A DNA stretch of 61,968 nucleotides, filler included, from Nemertoderma westbladi (lineage: Eukaryota; Animalia; Xenacoelomorpha): NCBI GenBank assembly GCA_032718475.1. It is 4 parts of 4 records of this genome, joined end to end, with 100 filler letters (N's around TTAATTAATTAA, not from the genome) between each part and the next. Parts side by side here need not be neighbours in the genome. Positions count along the whole stretch, not along the records: positions 16,577 to 39,971 come from JAUCBJ010006942.1; 3 more parts are not named here. The stretch is one strand, 5' to 3'. The notes below the pieces were generated by a model, which saw only the letters and a program-made list of their open reading frames with translations, did no database searches and was not told the DNA's origin. This document shows positions 24,168 through 37,500 of the stretch, in pieces (within the stretch, counting starts at the first letter, position 1; every line of letters begins with the position of its first letter). Position numbers and translations under genes: made by a program.

Positions 24168-26004
24168 ATGTTAAAGAGGAAAATATTCGATACTGTGGAG
24201 TATTTGGTTGAGTCGCTGGTTGAAGATGCTGGTTTGGGGAAGGTTGCTAAAGTGACTGTGGGAAAACCAACGGAAAGCGCCAGTCTCGGCATGGCGAGTG
24301 TTCCGTTGGCAATCGAGGTAAAGTTAGTGAACGAGGAGAAAGATCCACTAAGTTTATTCGCGAAGATTGCAGAGAAGGATGGGATGTCCGGATATTTTAA
24401 CGATTTTCTCAAGACTTTCGATAAAGAAATCGTCTTCTACGAAGATATTCTACCTCGAATGGCGGAATTCCAAACGAGACGGGGGAAGGGGTTGACGGAT
24501 GGAGAAACATTGAGTTGTTTGGTGCCGAAATACTACGGGAGTGGGTTAGTTACGGGTGGGACGGACGCAGGGAAGGATAAATTAGTAATAATAATGGAAG
24601 ACATTGTGAAACCGGGGTACGCAGTTACTGGCAGGAAAGATTTCCACTCATTACAACAGATTACAGCCTCATTAACAGGTATGGAAAAACAGGTGGTATG
24701 TGGGTCATTGTATAAACACGACCTAATAATTTAATTCGTACCGGTACACAACGGCTTAATTCATCATTTAATAAACTGATAAAATACCTCGCTCAGGGTA
24801 AACGTTTCGCTCATCGAATAATATTAGTTAAACCGTTCCGTGTTGGGACGAATGATAAGCAGATAACCCATGAAAGGATATGATAAAGTCTGGAATGAAC
24901 GTACTTTAACAATGGAATCCAATCCAGAACAGATCCCTTACATCTAAAGAGCCAGGTCATTTTGGTTGTAAATAGTAGTAAAATTATGGCCAAATCTCAT
25001 GTGACAAACTGACATTATGAACATTTTAAAATCATTTATGAAAATATATTTACCTTTATTCTTATTAAGGTATAGCATCATGGCACGCAACTAGCTATGT
25101 GATGCAAGTTATGGAAGGGACCGAATGGGTGCGAGAGGTTCCTCTGTTGGAAGAGTACTTCCTAGCACCTCGTCATGCACAGCAACTGACACCATGGTTC
25201 TCCGACACTCTCACATACCACATCCAACTAATCACCTCCCTCTCCGCTGTAGACGACAACCTCAAGATCCCACTGAAGTTTCCACCGGGTCTCGCCGAAA
25301 CTTTGGTTCGAATCCGTAAATTTATCCCCGATGTGTTCCATTTGATGAGTAAAATTGGGAGTCACGAGGGACCATTTAATGTAGTTTGTCACGGGGACTT
25401 CCACATGTGGAACGTTGCCTTCCTCGCTGCTACAGGGAGAGTTAAGTTCTTCGACTTACAAATTCACCGATTTTCATCTTCACTTACAGACGTTCACCAT
25501 TACCTCTCCCAAGTGTCGACACCGGCGATGAGGAATGAACATCTTCATGAATACCTAGATGTTTATCGTGAGACGTTCTCCCGAGTCTGCCTAAAACTGG
25601 GACTTCCCTCGTCTGACCCGATATTTAAAGGACTTCTCACAACGGAAGGCCTTCTTTACGAGTACAGTCTGACGTCTCTTTGGGGGTTTGTGTGCGCAGC
25701 TGCCTACGTTCTGCCACGGTTTATTATTCCCAGCCAGAAGGACAGCTTCTTCACTACCATGCCGTCTGATGCTGAAGCTGTAGTGGAGCATGTGAATAAT
25801 GTTGATGATGGCACCACAGAGAATATTTGGTTTGGGATACAGGTTTTCATTGATATCGTTGAAGAATACCGCCGACTGGGCACTCTAGATATGGTGGAGG
25901 ATGTAGTTACTAAGTGGCAGACAACGGGAGTGGCGTCCAAATCGAACCATATCGAGCCCCTTACCGAAGTCAGGTTTTACAAATTGAAAAATGCCGTTGA
26001 TTAG
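24168..26004 (+). CDS. EcKL protein, paralog 2; exons 24168-24678 and 25070-26004, ~481 aa
   Basis: Same intron position and phase as paralog 1; HGDFHMWN and FFDLQ motifs; open frame after splicing. Confidence 0.88.
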
Positions 26005-27496
26005 CCTAGAATCTAGATCTTGCTAAATTATAAAAAACAATACTGTATGTAAGTAATTAATAGTTTAGAGAAGCCTACTGTAGACAATAAATAGTTTTAT
26101 TTCGAATCGTTTACTGTTTCCTTAGGTACGGTGTGTTAATGGATTTGTTGGTATTTTTCAAAAATATCGACGATATCAAGTTCAAAAATATCGACAACAG
26201 ATAAAGTGCTCAGCTCCAATAGAGTTTTTCACAAGATATGGTACAGAAGATTTAGGCTGGTAGTTCTCCCTGAATCTATCCTGAATCCGTACCAGTGATA
26301 AACTCATCTCCCCTGTCAACATTTTTTATCAGAACGCTCCTAAAATTTTAACAGGCATTGTTCAATCTATAGTGACCAACTTGGAAAAAATTATTTTCAA
26401 TAATCACAGCGCGCACAACAGCGGTCAGCGAGTCCTGTGACTCCCATTAACGGTAGCTGTTTTGAGGAAGTTGAAACACAAGGACATAGTATATCCATAC
26501 CTGACATTACAGAATTGCCTATTACGTCATATTTTATGCCAGTAAAGCTATTCCGCCTGGGTCTATGCCTGCCTCCATCCAACCCAATGCATCCTATAGC
26601 GTCTGTCCATAATTTTGACTTTTACATGACCACGTTCATGTGAGGGTACATCATATGAAATCGGACATAAAATCGGATACTCATACAAAATCGGTACCTA
26701 ATACTTATTTGGTAAGGTAATCAATCAGATATCTTTAGTAAATCCCAATATCGTACGTTTAGTTGGGCCATTTAGAACTTTTCTTTTCTACAATATAATA
26801 ATACAATATAATAGAGAAATAATAATCATTTTACATTTGTTTTGATGATGTCCGATGTTTGCTTCGGTTTTGGGAATTGGTGAACGATTTACAACGGCTG
26901 AAAATAAATTAACGGCACACTTGCTTTTAATTGAGGCAAAATTATCCGTGAGACGTATTTTTTCTAGAGATTTGTTGTTATGGTCAGGTTATTTTTAGTT
27001 ATTCGTATCTTAGAATTATCTTTGACCCCATATAGTGTAATATGAAAAAATCATTAAAATATTTATTGTAGTTAGCATAGCACGTTGAATAAATAAATAT
27101 AAAATAAAGTATTATTATAATTAACTTGATAAGCAATTACTAAATATACTTTCAGAAAGAAGAAGAGCACACCCAAGATGAATTCCGACAACGAACTGGC
27201 CGATGGGAAATAATTTATATAAATACAATAAAGAATAAAATCAATAAATTACATTTTATTGGTCCAATGTGATCGTGACGTGAGTGGGTGTACTGTATTT
27301 GTACTGTATGCTGTCCAGTCCAGGCAAACAAGGTGTTATGCTTAGTTATATGTAAAATAATAAGCACAATCAAATTAAACTAAAATCCCAGAGAAGGCTA
27401 TGCATGGACTTACACCAATTGTAAACCGTCGCTGTAACTAGTAACTGTGTTGCATAATATGGGTTAGGGTTGTAGCTATAACAACTAATTCCTTCG

Positions 27497-28148
27497 CTAT
27501 GTCTGTAACAGATACTCATGCGATTCGACTAGAAGGTTCTGCATATCTGGGAAACCCGCTGTGGTCTTGGATTCCTCCAAGTTGGACCACTTATAATTCT
27601 GATGTTCGTCGGATAGAATTATATCGGAGTTGGGATTAATTAATTCGGCTAACCAGTAGACCACAGTTTTATTTGCATCTTTAACTCGGTACTCGAGTGT
27701 CTTACAGAACGCCTCCACTACTCTCAAATGTTCCTTGCGAATTCCCGCTTCTTCCAGGGTCTCTCTGTAGGCGGTCACTAAATCCGTCTCGCCCGGGTCC
27801 ACATGCCCTAACGAAATAAATGTTAAATATATAAATATATTATTGCATTGTGATTGTAAATAATAACTCCATAGAGCAGAGGGTAGGCCTATGCGAGGCC
27901 TATGTCTGATGCTGAGGCCGAGCTGTGGACCTGAGTTACGACTGGTGTAAACGAGTACCGGTAAACGCTACGCCGACAACAATTTATGATAAAAAGTGAA
28001 ACTATAACCTCCTCACGCCACGCTCACGCTCACCTTTTGGTGGTGTCCAGTGATGACTTTTAGATTTAGATTGAAGCAGAAGAAACTCAATATTCGGAAC
28101 TCGTCCTCGGTAAACGATAAATCCAGCAGCACGATTCATCACCATCAT
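27497..28148 (-). CDS. NUDT2: Bis(5'-nucleosyl)-tetraphosphatase (asymmetrical Ap4A hydrolase); exons 28148-28034 and 27807-27497, ~141 aa
   Basis: Spliced product RAAGFIVYR...IEFLLLQ...HHWTPPKG|HVDPGETDLVTAYRETLEEAG (Nudix box)...KTVVYWLAEL...LSDEHQNYKW. Confidence 0.93.
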
Positions 28149-31100
28149 GGTACAGTGGTACCAGTAGCTGGGAAGTGGGTGGGTAGGCCTACCGCTACCT
28201 GCCCAAATTAACGAAAGTCCACAACCACTGGCTGACTGGATAAATTGTAGTTACTACAGTTACTAACTACAGTTGTTGTAGGCAAGGGTCTGCATTACAC
28301 TGTTACAGCTGTACAGTACTGCAGTACAGTACAGTACGCTACAGTTTCAATGATTCGGCCCGGGTTCAGCTACATTATGAGTACTGTAGCTGTACTTCTG
28401 ATCAGCAATATCCCAATTTACCAGTCTGCCAGTTTACCACAGGTGAGACAGGGTAGCAGGGAGAAACTTGAAGCACAGGATCCTGGGAACAGGGGGTCAG
28501 GCAGTCAGATGGGTCAGCCGACCCCCCATGAGTTTATGTGAGGGGTCCTGGACCCCTCCATTGGCAATAATTCATTGAAAGAGAATACATTATTATTCTA
28601 ATTATAGAAAATTAAACAGAAATTTAAACTCCACTGTTAATGTATAAATAGGCCCTACTCAATGTACTGTAGGCCTATACGCTGTTACTGGTACAGAACT
28701 ACATACTTACAGTCGTCAAACAACGGTACATATTATTATCAGGCAGTGCTAAATTGCACACACTTTCATTTTAACAGCTACTACCTACAACAGTCATCCG
28801 CGACCCAGCTAAAATCCTATCTGTCATGTTAACAATAGGATCCAACCTGGTCAATAGACACCAAGGGACCATTCAGTGGATGTAATTAATTGGACATAAA
28901 TACTCAGTATATGAAAGAGAATCATTGAATCATTGATCATATTGCACTAGAAACAACTAATAAATATCTTAAAACTCCAACCGTGGTTCACGCCATACCC
29001 CTTAGATAGATTGATAATGATTTTATACGGTGGTGAGGCGAATAGGCCAATTTCACCTTTTTATTACTTTTTATTGCAATTTATTTCCTTTTTTACCTTT
29101 TTACTTTAAAAGGTACCTTAAATGGTGAATATCGAAATTAAATATTCGCGAAATTAATTAATTAATTGCGTACCGTAGCCCTTCTGTTTAATTAAACTAA
29201 AAGTGAAAACATTCAAGCAAGACTGTATATATTTGGAATCTTTTTTATTGTTTGATCATCGTTCCCTGGTGGCGGATTCAGGAGGCATTGAGCATTATGG
29301 TTTTGGGGGCCTCTAGGCTAACGAGTAATGAGAGACCCTAGCCTTGGCCCTGTCGGCAGCACCCGGTGGTATGATAGGCGAAATTTTTTGAAATTTGTAA
29401 AGTTATGGCCTACGTTTTTTGAATTTCAAAAAAGTAAAGTTATCGATGAAAGCGAAACCCTATAGGCGCTAAACACCAGAGGCAACCCGTAAGCTCTTAT
29501 CTCTTGGCTGTTACCATAAGGCAGGGAAGGCGCCACACTATAGTAGGTCTACATCCCTTTTCTTTACTAGGCTTACCCTAACAGAAGCTAGCCTCTTGAG
29601 ATTCAAAACTTGCAAATGAATTAGCAAATAAAATGTACAATATTATTATTAATCTCCATTTCGTTTCCGTCTAAATTCGGAAATCACAATAGTCAAGTCG
29701 ATCCTTCTCAAAATTTCACATTCAATACACAACGATAACTTTATCCACTGGCTTAATATCAATCAATCAATCAATAGAGCTCGTATAATTCCGATTTACG
29801 CAATATATGACATGATTGCAACATTATAATTATATCATTACAATTTTTCAATCTTACAATTTAACGTTTATATAACTAAAATTTGTAATGTTTGTGATAG
29901 TAATGTAATAATATAGTAGATATAGATTTTAAATGACAAAAAATAACATTAGCATAGCTAGTGTTGCTCTATTTGTTGTTGTGGTGCGTAGATATAAAGA
30001 GAAGGGTTCATGCCATCATAATATTCGTTATTTGTATTTTCGGGTCGTTTTTTACCATTTATGTCTATAGTAAATATTTATAAAACTAATAATAATTATT
30101 GTAATGTCTAGGATTATGCGTATAGATAGCAACGTGTGGGCACACCGTTATAGGCCTACTGTACAAAATCAATTAATAAACTTTCATGCTATTTTACTGA
30201 TAGAAGAAAGATAATAATGACAAGACAAGATTATTCGTTGGATCTGTTGATGAAGATGAGGTTAATGTCATTTCGTGTTTATTTATTAATATTAATATTC
30301 AAATATAAATACAGTATATGTGTTAATTCTGTAGTTTATTAAATATGTCTTGTACTTTCTTGCTAAAGATTTCTTGGATTTAATATTTTTTAAGTCAAAC
30401 TGTAGTGAATTCCATATTTTTGTGCCGCCATTTTTAGTGAGTTTTGTATAAAATAACTCAATCCAGCCACCCCCCCCCCCCCCGCCCCTTTGGAAAAAAA
30501 AGCCAGTGTTAAATTATCAATTAAGGCTAAGGGAAAGAAGCAGGTAGATTACAGTTTATTTTGGGGAGTAATCAGATGTAATATGAGTGATTTTCCCCTG
30601 CAGTGAAAGTTCGCCCATCTGACATATAATGCCCTGGAATATGGTAGGGGTACGGTGCGTACTAATATTCCTGCGGCGGCGCAGGTTTAAGGAGCAACTT
30701 AACTAAGCCGGGCGGAGTTCAAACTATCAGTTTCAAATCTCATGCAATCTCATTAAAATTTGTAGAAAAATTATTTATTTATTTATTTATTGTTTATCAA
30801 ATTTGGATGGGGTGGGAGGGGGGGGGGGGGGGGGGGGCTGGCTGTGTGTGTGTGTGTGCCTGAATTACGAGACTATATTCCGTGGTGTTGGTATGCCTAC
30901 GTACAGGCTACCATGGGTTTCGGTCCCTTTCGCAAACAATAAAATAATTGATCCTTATCCTTAGAAGTCCGTTAGTTAGAAGGCCGTTAGGACTTCTTAC
31001 TGTAAAAGTATTGTGTATGTCGGCCTATCTATGTATGTATATCCTTTAAACCCAGAAACGGAATTAAGATTTAGTTTTTGGGTTTTATTGTCTTATAGAT

Positions 31101-31572
31101 ACGGTCTTCTTATAGCCAGCTTACTGGCTTTCTAGTTAAACTTGTTTCATCAGCACCAAGTGATGTGATGTGATGTACATAATGTAGTTTACTGGAATAC
31201 CACAAGATGGCGTAACAAATTTAATTACCAATGCAGTGCAGCAGCATATGGGGCAATATGACAAGCTGCCGGGCAACATTAGGTCCAAGTATAGTAAAGC
31301 AGCTCCTTCCTACTCGCATTGTGTGCAATAATAATAATGCATTTGTATTTCTACGGTAATTTAGTGTGGCTGACTCATACATACTGTGACGGCGAGAATT
31401 GCTTTATTTATTATCTATTATCAATCTTTATATTTAAATTATTATATTGATAGGCCATACAATTATTATCTAAATTAATTCACAGTTATTGGATTTCTTT
31501 TTCTTCTAGCTATAAATAAATATTTTCTTAATAAAATAGATTCTTCGTTAATAACAAACTATTTAAATTGTC

Positions 31573-34500
31573 ATGGACGACAGACTGGGTGACGCAACAA
31601 CAGAATACGTCACTAATGAAATAATAAATAGACTCGAGGTTAAATCTGCCCTTGATATTATACTTCCAATATCGGATGCCCTTGTAAGATTGCAGTTGAC
31701 TTTTTATGAAGAGGACGCAGATAAGTTCGCTTTAAAAGACACCACTGTTCAGGTAAGTAGTGATAACTACTGTAAGTAAATGTTTATAACTTGTTAGTTT
31801 GTTGTTTTATAAGTAAATAAGATGGAGTTATTTCATTTGTTATACAGTGGGGTTAATTAATACCGTTCTGGTTTGTCTTACATTGTGTACTTTTTAATAA
31901 TTTAGTTGTGGGGCGAGACACGTAGTCGGCGAGCCTTTGCATACGGTTCATATAGGGCAAATGGGGCATGTCCGTCTGTCCGTCTGGCTGTCTGTCCGTC
32001 TGTCTGGTAAATGTTTGAACGCGAATTTCTCGGCATCGCTCGTTCGGAATTGAACCAAACTTAGTAGGTAAGTAGTAGAGAGAAAGTTTAGAAAGTTTGT
32101 AAAGTTTGGTGAAAAATCATGCAGTCTGACGTCAGCTACGACAGATTATGTGGTTTTTAGAAAATGTTAAATTTCTCGGGAAGGCCTCATTTTCCTGAGC
32201 TGAAATTTTGGTGGCCTGTAGAGAATCATGAAGTCTATCTTTTACGAAATTGAAAAGTTAAGACATTTAATTGGGGATCCGCTAGAGACTCAGAAGTAAT
32301 GACATAGGCCTACCGGTACGGTACTGCTGTACAGTGCTCGGCCCTTATATTCCAAAACCGTGTATCTCGATTTTTGACGAAAATGACATATTTATATATT
32401 TGGAATCAGAATTTCAAGGCGCATCTTTCTATCCAGGTCCCGAAGCTTGAAAATCAAATGCAAAGAAAATAGTTTGCGACCAAAACCGTGTATCTCGATA
32501 TTTTTTGAAGCAATTTTTAATCAAAACCATTTATCTGAGAAAAATTAACCGAAAAAAATTAACTGACCAATAGGATGCAAGATCTCCATGATTATTAATT
32601 TATCAAAACAGTGTATCTCTGTTTCGGAAATTCGTTTAATTTATCAAAACCATCTATCTGGAGATAGACGGTTTTGGACCACCTCTAGAACAAATCTTTC
32701 TCAGATAGACGGTTTTGATTACAAATTCAATGTTCAATAAATGTTCTAGATTTATTTCAAAACACAGTTAACCGGTCATTTAGTCTGAACAATTCATTTG
32801 CAATGGGGTTCACGACTCAAATTCAAAACCAGGTTAATTAGATGCAATAATATCGCGGCCAGCTACCGTTTACCGGTAGTTAATTCATAAATCAACAATT
32901 CAGGCATTAACAAACTACATGATAACATATTGTAAAGTTTCAGTTTAGGTAAACAACCATGAGAGTTTAGGTAACAAGAGTTTACCAGTAGGTTGTGTTA
33001 CTGTACCATACCGTTTTGTCATCTATAAGCAATTCATCGATCAAAGAATCATAACAACAGTTTTTTTAAACACTTTCTTGACTCTTGGTAGCAAGCCAGT
33101 TTGTTTATTTTATATAAAGCATAGCACTGATATTCGTGTAAGTAAACAATGTCAGCCACACGCAAACAATAACCTCTACGGAGGAAGGCTATACCCCCTA
33201 ATGATTCCAATGCTTCTGGTAAATGGTGACGTTGGAGGGGAACATTCAGAGGGGAGTGGGAGTGGTGACGTTGGAGGGGGACATACAGAGGGGAGTGGGA
33301 GTGGTGACGTTGGAGGGGGACATACAGAGGGGAGTGTGAGTGGTGATGTTGGAGGGGGACATAAAGAGGGGAGTGGGAGTGGTGACGTTGGAGGGGGACA
33401 TACATAGGGGAGTGGGAGTGGTGACGTTGGAGGGGGACATACATAGGGGAGTGGGAGTGGTGACGTTGGAGGGGGACATACATAGGGGAGTGGGAGTGGT
33501 GACGTTGGAGGGGGACATACAGAGGGGAGTGGGAGTGGTGATGTTGGAGGGGGACATACAGAGGGGAGTGGGAGTGGTGACGTTGGAGGGGGACATACAG
33601 AGGGGAGTGTGAGTGGTGATGTTGGAGGGGGACATACAGAGGGGAGTGGGAGTGGTGACGTTGGAGGGGGACATACATAGGGGAGTGGGAGTGGTGACGT
33701 TGGAGGAGGACATACAGAGGGGAGTGGGAGTGGTCTGGTTGGAGGGGGACATACAGAGGGGAGTGGGAGTGGTGACGTTGGAGGGGGACATACAGAGGGG
33801 AGTGTGAGTGGTGATGTTGGAGGGGGACATACAGAGGGGAGTGGGAGTGGTGACGTTGGAGGGGGACATATAGAGGAGAGTGGGAGTGGTGACGTTGGAG
33901 GGGGACATACAGAGGGGAGTGGGAGTGGTGATGTTGGAGGGGGACATACAGAGGGGAGTGGGAGTGGTGATGTTGGAGGGGGATATATTGAGGGGAGTGG
34001 TGACATTGGAGGGGGACATACTGAGGGGATTGGGAGTGGTGACGTTGGAGGGGGGATGAATGACTATTGTGTGGTGTGGCATGAGGGGCTGCAAGGTCGG
34101 GATGCTGACTCATTGGCCGATTGTTTGTTAAGGATCATCAGAGAAGAGCGGGATTCCAAGGAGTTTATATTTTGGCTGGATAATTGTACGGGTCAAAATA
34201 AAAACTGGTTGCTCTTTGGCGCATGTGTAGCGATTGTCAATGCCACAGGGGGGCCACAGTCAATCACATTGAAGTACCTCACCAAGGGACATACACACAT
34301 GTTAGCCGATTCGGTTCATGGAAATATAGAGAGGAGTATTAAAAGACAACCAGCAATGTATGATTTGAAATACGTCACTATGGTTATGGCCAACAGTAGA
34401 AAAGATTTGGTTGTATTAACCCCGGAATTCCACAATTGGTTGAATAATCTAACGTATTCTAAGAAGCTGAAAGAGGCGCTTCCCTATATTACAGAGGTAG

Positions 34501-37500
34501 ACCAGGTGCGATTTAACAAAGGGTGTCGCAAGATGGTGTATAAAAGAGACTTCAAAGAAGCAGAGAAGTCTGTAGAATTCCTTCAAGAGAGGTATCACCC
34601 AGAAATTCCACAGAAGAAAGAAGGTGTACGGGGAATTAACACAGCAAAGAAGGAGATTATCCTAAAGAAACTTGTTAATCTCATGCCAGGAAACAGATCG
34701 TCTTTCTGGTTATCGATGACATCGAAACAATCACAAACAGACCTTAATAGTGGCTACGATCACTCTTTAGCTAATGAGTAGATCTGTATTGAATAAAACT
34801 GATCGATTTATTAAACTCATTATTCTATAACACGGATCAATGTATTAAACTCATATTTGTTTAAACTGAACTGTTTAATTAACTATAAATTGTATTAAAC
34901 TGATCGCTATAAACTATAAACATCGCTATCATAATTGTAAAAACTGATCATTAAATCTTATCTATGTATCATCTTTGTATAAAACTGCTCTATATATTAA
35001 ACTCAAATTTGTATAAAACTGCTCTATATATTAAACTCAAATTTGTATAAAACTGATCTATGTATTAAACTCATATTTGTATAAAACCGATCTACAGTAT
35101 AAATTAAACTCATATTTGTATAAAACCGTTCTTTCTACTGTATTAAACTCATATTTGTATAAAACCGATCGATGCATTGAACTCATTTTGTATATAACTG
35201 ATCTACAGTATATATTAAACTCATATTTGTATAAAACCGTTCTATGTATTAAACTATAAATTGTATTAAACTGATCGTTACATTAAACTAACTGTTCATT
35301 TTATTTTATTCCCTTACCATGAATTGTAGTTTATTAGTTAATGGTTTTCAATATTAATGGTAATTATTAATTAATAAAATAAAAGTTTATATTCAAACAT
35401 AGAGATAAACGGTTTTGTTAAAAATTAAAATATAAAAGATAGCTGGTTTTGAAGAATAAAAAATGAGTTAGCCGATTTTGATCCAAAAAAATTTACATGT
35501 TTGCGGCGCAAGTATATTGACCAATACCTGCTATGGTGTACTATCGGTGTACTATGGTGTTTTTAACATATTTCCCTTTATTTTTACGCCTTAATTTTGC
35601 CTCAGGTGGATTCGGCACATGCGTTTACCCTATATTGAATATTAATATGGAAATTTCCCCAATTAATCCCAGTAAGAATTTAAAATGAATAACCATAAAA
35701 AACCGGAATGGTTTTTGGCCATTTTCTCAAAATGCCAAAAATTGAGATACACGGTTTTGGAATATAAGGGCCGTGCTGCACTGGTAAGTACGAAATTGCA
35801 GAATAACAATTTGACACCACCTAGCGGATTAACATATGATTGTATATCGAATGAATACATTTATAGCATGGGATATGGGGTCCAAACTAGACATGCCCCA
35901 TTTGCTCTATATGAACCGTATGCCAAGGCTTGCCGACTACGTGCTGCGCGAAGTCCCCACGAACGTGTTTATGTGTTTGTAAGTAATTGTTTATAAATAT
36001 GTTAGTTAGTTATTTAGTTATAGTCAGTTATTTATATATAATTAATACCATTTATAAGATATGTGTTTAAGATTAGGTTAATAAATATTAAATAAGTAGG
36101 CCTATAGATTAGTATTCCCGAAGGCTATCACTTATAACGTATTACTCAACTTCTATGTTTATATTTTGCAGATAGTTTCTGCTTGTGAGGAAGTTGTTGA
36201 AGCAGCTAAGAACGCTATTGTTGATGTCGTGGATTCCTTCCATCACAATGACATCATCGATGCTTCAAACCGACTAGTAGTCGCCGCAGCTAAAATTAGC
36301 AATATATGTTATGAGAACGACAACTATAACGTTAATAACAACAGGTGCGGTGTACTGTTTATGCCATTCTGTGACAGCATGTTTTATGACATGCCAATAT
36401 GCCATATGTAACAGGCCATTTCGCAGGCTGTTAAGTATGAAATCATTTTAGGATTCACCATAAAACTTTGACACACGATATCGCTCCGATTAGAGATGTT
36501 ATTTTACGGCTGATATCTTTGTGGGGTAAACTGAACTGAAAGTAAAATATTTTGGCGGTTGACCTCTTGACCATTAAGTGACAGTCCTCATTGAGTCAGA
36601 CCACTTTATTTTACTGTAGTTTACTACAAAACATATTACTGTAAGTCAGGATAAATTGCCAATAAGGCGCTGACAGTTGGTGTCCGTAAGTTATGGGGCA
36701 AGCCACAAAGTAAGCGAGCTTAGCATACAGTTAACGGTGTTTCAACCGTTTTCTGTCGGTCGATCAGCCTGTCTGTCGCCGAATTGATAAATCAGCCAAT
36801 CTTTGGTGCAATTAAACCAAACTTGGTACACATTTAATCTTTCGAAAGACTGATATAGAATTTGCGTTCTCTAGTTCTACAGTCTCCCGGTTTCGGGCGA
36901 CTAGACAACGGTCTAAATATTGGCACCAGTACGATGAGCTTGTTTACTTTGTCCTGCTCGAAAGCATAACCAACGATAATATACAATTTGACAGGCTAAG
37001 AATTAAACTTATCATACAATAAATCAAGCCATCGTTTTACTAACATTTCATCTATATAATATTTCAGTTAATAACAATTACAAAAAGAAAATCCATTTAA
37101 TAGATACCGAAATGTAATAGTAAAAGAAAGTAGCCATCATAATTAATTCATGTTAATTAATATAATTAAATAATGTATTTCAGTATTGGTGATGCTGCTA
37201 ACGAAATAATAAACGCTATTGGAGAGGTGTTGGTGGCATGGAATAAAATAGAAGTAGATCGCATTGTTAACTCTTGTCAATGGTTCGTGAAAAACACCAT
37301 CAATGTCAGCAAAATAACCTCCCATGGTACCGAAGCTATAATCTTGAGTTTCAGAGATATGGTTGAGTCATTTGTAGTTATGAAAGCCATGGCGGATAAG
37401 CGAGCTAAGGATGCCATTGACGATGGACATGGAGAAAGGATAATGAAACAATTGGATTCGATTACTGCAGATATACCTGTAGTGAACACAATGATTAAAG

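Larger units (their letters stand above)
32339..35773 (+). mobile_element. Sola (Sola1-like) DNA transposon with truncated transposase
   Basis: 30-bp TIR CGGCCCTTATATTCCAAAACCGTGTATCTC, 4-bp TSD TGCT and subterminal AAAACC.T.TATCT repeats. ORF part 34057-34781 has WHEG, DNCTGQNKN and GHTHMLADSVHGNIE. Confidence 0.85.
31902..35965 (+). mobile_element. Helentron-associated (HINE/DINE-1-like) non-autonomous element in intron 1, split by the Sola insertion
   Basis: Subterminal IR 31919-31972 / 35890-35943, (GTCC/GTCT)n microsatellite after the left IR, AACCAAACTT core and T-rich flanks. Confidence 0.55.

Noticed and set aside
21964-25940. Antisense ORFs overlapping the EcKL genes (likewise those over the vinculin-like gene and HDAC8)
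   Set aside because: Shadow frames of real coding exons.
33049-34113. His-rich, Pro-rich (extensin-like) and mucin-like minus-strand ORFs
   Set aside because: Alternative-frame translations of the 39-bp minisatellite inside a transposon.
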